Below, piece by piece: positions 46,120 to 52,769 of a stretch of 56,269 nucleotides of DNA. The position numbers were made by a program, and so were the translations under genes. Below the pieces are notes generated by a model, which worked only from the letters and a program-made list of their open reading frames with translations, was not told the origin of the DNA and made no database searches. Each line of letters begins with the position of its first letter. The first letter of the stretch is position 1. The stretch is from Deltaproteobacteria bacterium. Lineage in GTDB: Bacteria > SAR324 > NAC60-12. The stretch is taken from NCBI GenBank assembly GCA_002683655.1, contig NYTS01000098.1, positions 1 through 56,269 on the forward strand. Reading direction: 5' to 3'.

Positions 46120-47301
46120 TCATAAATGCTGTTGAAGCCAGCCACCCAGTTGATCTCGTTCCTCCTGGGTCATTCCAGTCAGGTTTGCCAGTGGCATTAT
46201 GTGCGAGGTAACTGCCTGAGCCTGTACCTGAGTAGCATATTGTCGAAGATGAGCGATAGTCTCCAAAATAACGCCCTTCGGTGGGGCACTAAAACCTGGT
46301 TGGGTTGGCATGGCTGCGTGACAAGAAGTGCATCGACGCTGCAAAATGATGATCGCTTGATTGTCACTAACCATTTGGGTGGTCACTGTTGTTTCTCTCA
46401 TCCAAGGGCCAGAGAGAATCACAACGGCAACGGTTGCTAAAGCCGCGCTTAGCAAAAGCCAATTGGGAGGTCTCCCCAGGTGGCGTAAATTGAAATAGTG
46501 CTTGACGACAATTCCAATCACTGACAGCGAGCCTAAAATCAACCAGTGGTAGGAATGGCCAAAGGTCGTTGGGAAATGATTGCTGATCATGATCAGCAAA
46601 ACAGGGAGTGTCAGGTAGTTATTGTGTCTGGAGCGCTGAAGACCCTGCTTTCCCATTTTACTATCAGGGGGCTCTCCCGCTAGCATTGCCCCTACCATCT
46701 TCTTTTGTACAGGGATGATGATAAAGAAGACGTTTCCTACCATCATGGAACCAATCATTCCTCCCACGGTAATGTAGGTGGCCCGGCCACTCAAAAATTG
46801 ACCCAATCCCCAAGAAACAATTGGTAATGCAATGATAAACAAGTAAAGCATCCAATCGTTGTGCTGCCCAAAAGGAGACTGACAGAGCTGATCATAAATC
46901 AGCCAGCCTAAAAGCATAGCACTCAGATTAATCGCAATCGCTTGCCAGCCAGACAAATCAGCGACTGAAGGATCTACCATATAGGATTCGGCCTGCCAGA
47001 AATAAACGATGATCAGCAGCGCCATCCCACTGACCCAGGTCATGTAAGCTTCCCACTTGAACCAATGAAGCTTCTCTGGAAGTTTTTCTGGTGCTACCTG
47101 GTATTTCTGTGAGTGGTAGAATCCACCTCCATGAACCGCCCACAAATCCCCTGCAATACCAGGTGGATTAGGCCCTTTTCGATTCAGTTGACCCTCAACC
47201 CAATTGAAGTAGAATGAAGCCCCTATCCAAGCAATCCCCGTGATCATGTGGATCCAGCGAACCACAAGATTCAACCATTCATGAATATGTGCTTCAATCA
47301 C
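46120..47301 (-). CDS. puuD: Urate hydroxylase PuuD (membrane cytochrome c type)
   Basis: It has a polytopic N-terminal domain (RWIHMITGIAWIGASFYFNW) and a C-terminal haem-c motif CTSCHA. GTG 47301 has a GGAG RBS and forms a GTGA overlap with the upstream permease stop. The ORF is open to TTG 47322. Confidence 0.8.
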   Translation of the reverse strand: MIEAHIHEWLNLVVRWIHMITGIAWIGASFYFNWVEGQLNRKGPNPPGIAGDLWAVHGGGFYHSQKYQVAPEKLPEKLHWFKWEAYMTWVSGMALLIIVYFWQAESYMVDPSVADLSGWQAIAINLSAMLLGWLIYDQLCQSPFGQHNDWMLYLFIIALPIVSWGLGQFLSGRATYITVGGMIGSMMVGNVFFIIIPVQKKMVGAMLAGEPPDSKMGKQGLQRSRHNNYLTLPVLLIMISNHFPTTFGHSYHWLILGSLSVIGIVVKHYFNLRHLGRPPNWLLLSAALATVAVVILSGPWMRETTVTTQMVSDNQAIIILQRRCTSCHAAMPTQPGFSAPPKGVILETIAHLRQYATQVQAQAVTSHIMPLANLTGMTQEERDQLGGWLQQHL

Positions 47302-48068
47302 TGATGGCTCCGATAGGCCCAATGAACGGTACGCTGCTCAATCGCTGCGAAAATGGCATACATTACTATACCCTCGAAAGCTAGGACCAATAAGCCTGCA
47401 AAGACCAAGGGAACTTCAAAATTTGCTTGGGCTGAGAGCATTAGATGTCCAACACCATGATTCGAGGCAACGGTTTCAGACACGACTGCCCCAACAAACG
47501 CCAGAGTGATGGCAACCTTGAGAGATCCAAAAAAAAATGGCATCGCTCCCGGAATTCCTACTTTCAACATAATATCCAGCTTGCTGGCCCCCAATGACCG
47601 TAAGACATCTTCTAACTCTGGCTCAGTCGTAGCTAGACCGGTGGCTACATTTACTACAATAGGGAAAAAAGAAATCAGAAAAGCCGTAAGCACAGCTGGC
47701 ACGGTACCTATTCCAAACCACAATACGAGGATTGGAACAACAGCCACCTTCGGAACGCTGTTGAAGCCAACCATCACTGGATAAAGCCCCCGATAAATGG
47801 TTTTAGACCAGCCAATCAACAATCCGAGTAATAACCCAAAAACAACGGCAATCCCAAACCCCAGAGAAGTAGAAAGCAAAGTGTAGAGGGAGTCTTCGAT
47901 GAGTGCCTCATGAAAAGTAAGCATCGCATCAAAGATAACAGTTGGAGCTGGTAGGAAATATTCAGGGATCCCCCCCAATTGACAGATAACTTCCCATATA
48001 AGAAACATTAAGACTGTTACGAACCATGGTGCCAATCTTTCTAAGTTACGCTTTCGCATCAACTCCAT
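47298..48068 (-). CDS. ABC transporter permease (NitT/TauT family)
   Basis: 256-aa polytopic protein located between the NitT/TauT-type ATPase gene and puuD. Confidence 0.85.
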   Translation of the reverse strand: MELMRKRNLERLAPWFVTVLMFLIWEVICQLGGIPEYFLPAPTVIFDAMLTFHEALIEDSLYTLLSTSLGFGIAVVFGLLLGLLIGWSKTIYRGLYPVMVGFNSVPKVAVVPILVLWFGIGTVPAVLTAFLISFFPIVVNVATGLATTEPELEDVLRSLGASKLDIMLKVGIPGAMPFFFGSLKVAITLAFVGAVVSETVASNHGVGHLMLSAQANFEVPLVFAGLLVLAFEGIVMYAIFAAIEQRTVHWAYRSHQ

Positions 48069-48071
48069 GGA

Positions 48072-48854
48072 TTAGACTGCTCTTGCGGTCCGAATTTGGT
48101 CACGCAGCTGGTGAACAATGTCGACAAATTCCTTTTCAAAACGAATGTCCAGATCTCGGGGTCTTTCAAAGGGGATCTCTAGCTCCATGATTACCCGGCC
48201 AGGTCGATTACTCATCACCAAGACTCTATCAGCCAAAAAAGCCGATTCAATCAAGTCATGAGTAACCAGTAGGACAGTAAACTTTCTCTCCTGCCAGAGG
48301 TCACGCAGCACACACCAGAGCTCTTCACGAGTAAAGGCATCAAGAGCTCCGAAAGGCTCATCAAGCATTAAAACTTCTGGTTCGTGGATAAGTGCTCTAC
48401 AAAGTGAAGCTCTTTGACGCATACCACCTGACAGCTCCCAAGGATATTTTTCAGCGACATCTTCCAACCCAACGGAACTCAGCAACTCTATCGCTTTATT
48501 GGCGTGAGCTTCCCGTTTCTGACGAAAAGTTTCTCGATGGGGTCTTACAATCTCTAAGGGTAATAGTAGGTTGTTGAGGGTCGTTCGCCAGGGAAGCATC
48601 ACTGAATTCTGAAATGCCATCCCGACATTCCCCAAGGGACGAGTAACTTCTTGATTCGCAACTACCACAGACCCCTGATCTGCCTGAAGCAACCCAGACA
48701 TCAGTTTCATAAATGTTGACTTGCCACAGCCACTAGGTCCGACAAGAGCGACAAATTCCCCCCTGGACATCTGGAGCGAAGCCCCCTCCAACACAGGTGG
48801 TTCGCCCAAGATGTACGATACTGAAACCTCGTCAATATCGACAAAATGAGTCAC
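48072..48854 (-). CDS. ABC transporter ATP-binding protein (NitT/TauT family)
   Basis: It has Walker A GPSGCGKST, signature LSGGMRQR and Walker B LMLDEPFGALD. The start is GTG. Confidence 0.9.
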   Translation of the reverse strand: MTHFVDIDEVSVSYILGEPPVLEGASLQMSRGEFVALVGPSGCGKSTFMKLMSGLLQADQGSVVVANQEVTRPLGNVGMAFQNSVMLPWRTTLNNLLLPLEIVRPHRETFRQKREAHANKAIELLSSVGLEDVAEKYPWELSGGMRQRASLCRALIHEPEVLMLDEPFGALDAFTREELWCVLRDLWQERKFTVLLVTHDLIESAFLADRVLVMSNRPGRVIMELEIPFERPRDLDIRFEKEFVDIVHQLRDQIRTARAV

Positions 48855-48855
48855 T

Positions 48856-49857
48856 TCAGTTGACCTTCCTTTGACTCATTGCGGGCAGAAACTCACTTGT
48901 AAAGACCGAAGCTGCAGTTGGCTTATTTGAAAAGTCATAGGTTATACCAACTTGGTTAATGGATTCAGACAGTCGCTGACCTTCCACATCACCAAAGCCT
49001 CGTTCTTTCACTTCAGCTGTAATCACGTTATCACGAATAGCCATCTCTAAACGCTCCAGCTCAACGTTTCGTCGAGCGATTTTGTTCCGTTTCATCAGAT
49101 AATCAATTGCTGAATTGGGATCCGCAATGGTATCCATCCAGCCACGAATAATTGCTCTGACAAATCCTTTTACCAGTTTTGGATTTTCAGCTGCAAAATT
49201 AGGATTCACAATCACCGTGTTACCATATAGCTTCAGCCCATAATCCGACATCAACATCACATTGATATCTTCTTCCTTCACTCCTTTTGATTTCAAATTC
49301 AAAAAGGATGAGAATGAAAAAACTGTGATCGCATCCACCTCACCAGCTGCAAGCATCGGCTCCCGAACTGGGAATCCGACGTTCTCAATGGCCACCTCTG
49401 TCGCCTTGATGTTGTTTGCCGCCACAAAGGCTTTCCATTGTGCGTAAGCACCGTCAGTAGCGGGGGCGCCGAGGATTCTTCCTTCCAGATCTTTAGGCTT
49501 AATCACTCCGCTTTTATTAAGCGAAATAATTGCAAATGGTGGGTTATTGTAAACCATCAAAATTCCTTTGAGACCAATGGTTGGATTTTTGTCTCGGAAT
49601 TTGATGAGTGAATTGATGTCAGCAAAACCGAATTCGTAAGCTCCCCCAGTGACTCTAGGAATGGCTTCAAGAGAACCCCGGCCAGTGTCAATGGTAACAT
49701 CCATTCCCTCTACTTCAAAATATCCTTTATCCAGGGCAACAAAGTACGGCGCAGCGGGACCTTCAAACTTCCAATCCAAAGAAAATTTGATAGGAGTCAA
49801 CGCAAAAGCGGATGTCACATAGAGAATCGTTGCTAAGAGGATTGTTAGAAATCGCAT
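48856..49857 (-). CDS. ABC substrate-binding protein, NMT1/THI5-like (NitT/TauT family)
   Basis: A signal peptide is followed by a KFSLDWKFEGPAAPYFVALDKGYF N-terminus typical of NMT1-like SBPs. It is the first gene of the long same-strand string. Confidence 0.8.
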   Translation of the reverse strand: MRFLTILLATILYVTSAFALTPIKFSLDWKFEGPAAPYFVALDKGYFEVEGMDVTIDTGRGSLEAIPRVTGGAYEFGFADINSLIKFRDKNPTIGLKGILMVYNNPPFAIISLNKSGVIKPKDLEGRILGAPATDGAYAQWKAFVAANNIKATEVAIENVGFPVREPMLAAGEVDAITVFSFSSFLNLKSKGVKEEDINVMLMSDYGLKLYGNTVIVNPNFAAENPKLVKGFVRAIIRGWMDTIADPNSAIDYLMKRNKIARRNVELERLEMAIRDNVITAEVKERGFGDVEGQRLSESINQVGITYDFSNKPTAASVFTSEFLPAMSQRKVN

Positions 49858-49981
49858 GATGTACTCCTTAATTTATGAAATTATATAGCTTTCACTCAGA
49901 GCTTGGGATGTAAGAATCAGTTTCAAATAACAAATTCCAGACCATCTTAAGAATCGGCTCGAATCGTCAATGATTCAAGGG

Positions 49982-50079
49982 GTGGGGTGGTTACTCGAAA
50001 TCTTGGGGCCGAATAAACATAGATGAGTTTATAATCAGTTGCCCAAGAATTTGACAGTGGGGTGGGTTTACGAGATTTG
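49982..50079. repeat. Imperfect direct repeats (GTGGGGTGG..TTAC..GA.AT.TTG) at 49982-50005 and 50057-50079, flanking an inverted repeat (CTTGGGGC / GCCCAAG)
   Basis: Seen directly in the 250-nt region upstream of the first gene of the purine-catabolism string. Confidence 0.5.
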
Positions 50080-50108
50080 AATTATACTAGGTCAAGAATA
50101 TCTATTCG

Positions 50109-50297
50109 TTACTTATTTTTTCTATAACAGCGAACCTTCAAATCATGACTGCTGCGAGAATAAGAACCGCAAGTGTAGCTATAGACTAAAATGGGCGCCA
50201 AAACAAATTCATGAGTTTTTTTGATGCGAATGCAGACTCTCAGATAAAGAATGGAACTTGGAGCGCACAGGAGCAGTCCCAGCAATAAATTTTTCAT
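50109..50297 (-). CDS. Possible small secreted Cys-rich protein (62 aa); weak call
   Basis: It has a hydrophobic N-terminus (MKNLLLGLLLCAPSS), five Cys residues and a basic C-terminus. It sits in an otherwise empty 550-nt gap. No RBS or family support. Confidence 0.25.
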   Translation of the reverse strand: MKNLLLGLLLCAPSSILYLRVCIRIKKTHEFVLAPILVYSYTCGSYSRSSHDLKVRCYRKNK

Positions 50298-50405
50298 AGC
50301 ATTCTACGGGTTGATTCATTGGAAAATGAGCGGAACTATATCAGCAGTTAGAGCTTGGGACAACAAGCAATTCTCTCAAAAATGTAATTTATAAATAAAT
50401 CAATT

Positions 50406-51893
50406 TTACTGAAGCCATTTTTTAGAACGCTCTTCAGCACGTAACCAACCTGCTATACGAACTTTTCTATCGTCTTCTGAAATAGTGCCTTCAAATTTTC
50501 GATCTTCCTGCCAACAACTTTTTAGGGACTCAATGCTCGGCCAAACTCCAACTGCCAATCCAGCCAGAAAAGCGGCTCCAAGAGCAGTACTCTCTGCATT
50601 TTTAGGACGCCTTACGGTCCTACCCAAGAGATCAGCTTGATTTTGAGCGAGGAAATTATTTGCTGAGGCTCCCCCATCAATTTTTAATTCTTGAAGGGGG
50701 TAACCAAGGTCTGCCTCCATGCATTGGAGAACTTCTGCTGACTGATAAGCGATCGCTTCCAGTGCTGCTCTTACGATATGAGCTTTGCTGGTGTTACGAG
50801 TAAGCCCAATGATTAATCCGCGGGCATACGCATCCCAATGGGGTGCTCCCAAGCCTACGAAAGCGGGCACCACGTAACAACCATCTGAATCATCAACGCT
50901 CAAGGCCATCTTCTCTGTTTCTGAGGCATTCTGAAAGAATTCCATTTTGTCCCGAAGCCACTGAATCAGAGATCCAGCTACGAAAACAGCCCCCTCAAGA
51001 GCATAGGTACGTTCCTCGCCAATTTGCCAAGCAATTGTCGAGAGTAGTTGATGTTGTGACTCAACAGGCTTTGGTCCAGCATTGAGCATCAAGAAACAGC
51101 CTGTACCATATGTGTTTTTTGCCTGCCCCACATCAAAACAGGCTTGCCCAAATAATGCTGATTGCTGGTCACCTGCAATTCCAGCAATGGGTAATGATTT
51201 CCCAAGGATCGAATTTTCAATTTCAGCGTGTTTTCCACTCGAAGGTACAATTTCAGGCAATGCTGATTGCTCAATCCCAAATATTGCCAGCAACTCCTCA
51301 TCCCAGGATGCAGATTTAAGATCACAAAGCATGGTTCTGGAAGCATTGGTCACATCTGTTTTGAAAACTTTCCCTGCGGTCAGGTTGCAGATCAGCCAAG
51401 AATCAACTGTTCCAAAACAAATTTCACGAGCTTTCATTCTTTCAGATAGTCCAGGTACCTCATTGAGTAACCAACGCATCTTGCTAGCAGAGAAATAAGG
51501 ATCCAAAACCAATCCAGTTTTTTTACGAATCAATGATTCCTTGCCCTGCGCTTTCAGGTGCTCACAGATTGCCGTGGAACGTCTACATTGCCAAACAATT
51601 GCTGGAGCAAGTGGTTTTCCAGTTGCTTTTTCCCAGACAACCGTAGTTTCACGCTGATTGGTGATCCCCAACCCGACAACGTCTTCAATACTTACATTCG
51701 TCTTTTGCATCACATCTAGCATGGTCTTTTGTTGGGTTTCCCAAATCTGAAGCGGATCCTGCTCTACCCACCCAGTTTGTGGATAGTGGCAATCTAACGG
51801 GGCGCTGGATTGACCGATAATTTCTCCCTTAGCATTCACGAGTACAGTTCGAGAACTTGTTGTGCCCTGGTCCAAAGCCATAATAAGTGTCAT
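50406..51893 (-). CDS. glpK: Glycerol kinase
   Basis: 495 aa with ALDQGTTSSR, GITNQRETTVVW, YGTGCF and DGGAS, the classic FGGY-kinase/GlpK motifs. Confidence 0.95.
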   Translation of the reverse strand: MTLIMALDQGTTSSRTVLVNAKGEIIGQSSAPLDCHYPQTGWVEQDPLQIWETQQKTMLDVMQKTNVSIEDVVGLGITNQRETTVVWEKATGKPLAPAIVWQCRRSTAICEHLKAQGKESLIRKKTGLVLDPYFSASKMRWLLNEVPGLSERMKAREICFGTVDSWLICNLTAGKVFKTDVTNASRTMLCDLKSASWDEELLAIFGIEQSALPEIVPSSGKHAEIENSILGKSLPIAGIAGDQQSALFGQACFDVGQAKNTYGTGCFLMLNAGPKPVESQHQLLSTIAWQIGEERTYALEGAVFVAGSLIQWLRDKMEFFQNASETEKMALSVDDSDGCYVVPAFVGLGAPHWDAYARGLIIGLTRNTSKAHIVRAALEAIAYQSAEVLQCMEADLGYPLQELKIDGGASANNFLAQNQADLLGRTVRRPKNAESTALGAAFLAGLAVGVWPSIESLKSCWQEDRKFEGTISEDDRKVRIAGWLRAEERSKKWLQ

Positions 51894-52085
51894 AGGTTTT
51901 CTCCTTAATTCGACTGATCTGTTTTTTTTTATTGATTATCACGATAGGAATTCGGACTACCTATTCGACATTTATTGATAACATTACATCTTCGTGTGAA
52001 AGTTCGATCAAAAACTTATAAATTTTTCTCGATGCATCTATCAGAATTTGCGGTATCAAATCATCCAAACCTTTGTTCTTTGAAT

Positions 52086-52661
52086 TTACAATTCAGTTTC
52101 CATGAGAGGTAAAGAGAGTTGATCATGCGATTCATCTTCCATGTCCAATTCAGCTAGCGTGGGCAAGTCTTTCAAAGACTGCAGACTGAAAACCTCCAAA
52201 AATGTCTTGGTGGTAGAATAGAGTGTTGGTCTTCCAGGTAGTTCAGCTCGACCACTAATTCGGACTAATCTTCGCTGAAGCAATGTTCTCAGGGTACTGG
52301 AAGAATCGACACCTCTCAGAAATTCAATCTGTGCGCGTGTGACCGGTTGCTTGTAGGCAACGATGGAGAGAGTTTCCAGATTCGCTGGGGTCAGTCGAAA
52401 TGGCTTGATGGAATCCACCTTTCGGATCCATTCTCGGACCTTTGGCACCGTCCTCATTTGGAATCCCCCTGCAACATCTTCAATCCTAAAAACTCGCCCT
52501 GTAACTTCGTATTCTGTGTTAAGTTGTTGAACAGCCTGACGCAATTCTTTTGTTGAGGGCTCTGTTCCCACCAAGTCTTTGAGTTGCTGAATTGTCAACG
52601 AACGAGGAGTAACAAATAGGAGAGTTTCAATGACTTCAGTCAGCTTTTTTTCCTCGACCAT
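52086..52661 (-). CDS. scpB: SMC-Scp complex subunit ScpB
   Basis: 191 aa. IETLLFVT, ETLSIVAYKQPVTRAQIEFLRGVDS and GRPTLYSTT are typical of ScpB. No scpA gene is adjacent. Confidence 0.85.
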   Translation of the reverse strand: MVEEKKLTEVIETLLFVTPRSLTIQQLKDLVGTEPSTKELRQAVQQLNTEYEVTGRVFRIEDVAGGFQMRTVPKVREWIRKVDSIKPFRLTPANLETLSIVAYKQPVTRAQIEFLRGVDSSSTLRTLLQRRLVRISGRAELPGRPTLYSTTKTFLEVFSLQSLKDLPTLAELDMEDESHDQLSLPLMETEL

Positions 52662-52769
52662 CCAAGCTTCTCAATTTTTTCATTTCAGAGTGGAACCAGA
52701 ATAAACGCAACAAGATCACTAACCGTCCATCTCATTTTTTGGAGAATTTTCTGGAGCACGTCCTGTTTC

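Noticed and set aside
46098-46145. Upstream start of xdhA overlapping the end of puuD
   Set aside because: The conserved [2Fe-2S] N-terminus begins at MKRDYIFFFCNG (ATG 46097). The 16 extra codons have no similarity and would overlap puuD by 26 nt.
49978-49992. G-quadruplex from GGGGTGGGGTGG
   Set aside because: Only two full G4 runs plus a GG occur locally. The next G-runs are about 65 nt away, so the canonical four-tract motif is not met.
50081-50096. TTGACC and TATAAT hexamers on the minus strand as a promoter for the purine string
   Set aside because: The two hexamers are only 3 nt apart (TTGACCtagTATAAT), not 16-18 nt, so together they cannot form a sigma70 promoter. The TATAAT alone has no good -35 partner at the correct distance.
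49858-50108. Purine (guanine/adenine) riboswitch upstream of the purine gene string
   Set aside because: The minus-strand leader contains UAUAAU. It lacks the other conserved junction and loop elements I remember, such as the UUUCUACC-like J2/3 and the paired L2/L3 loops. It also cannot be folded into the three-way junction by eye.
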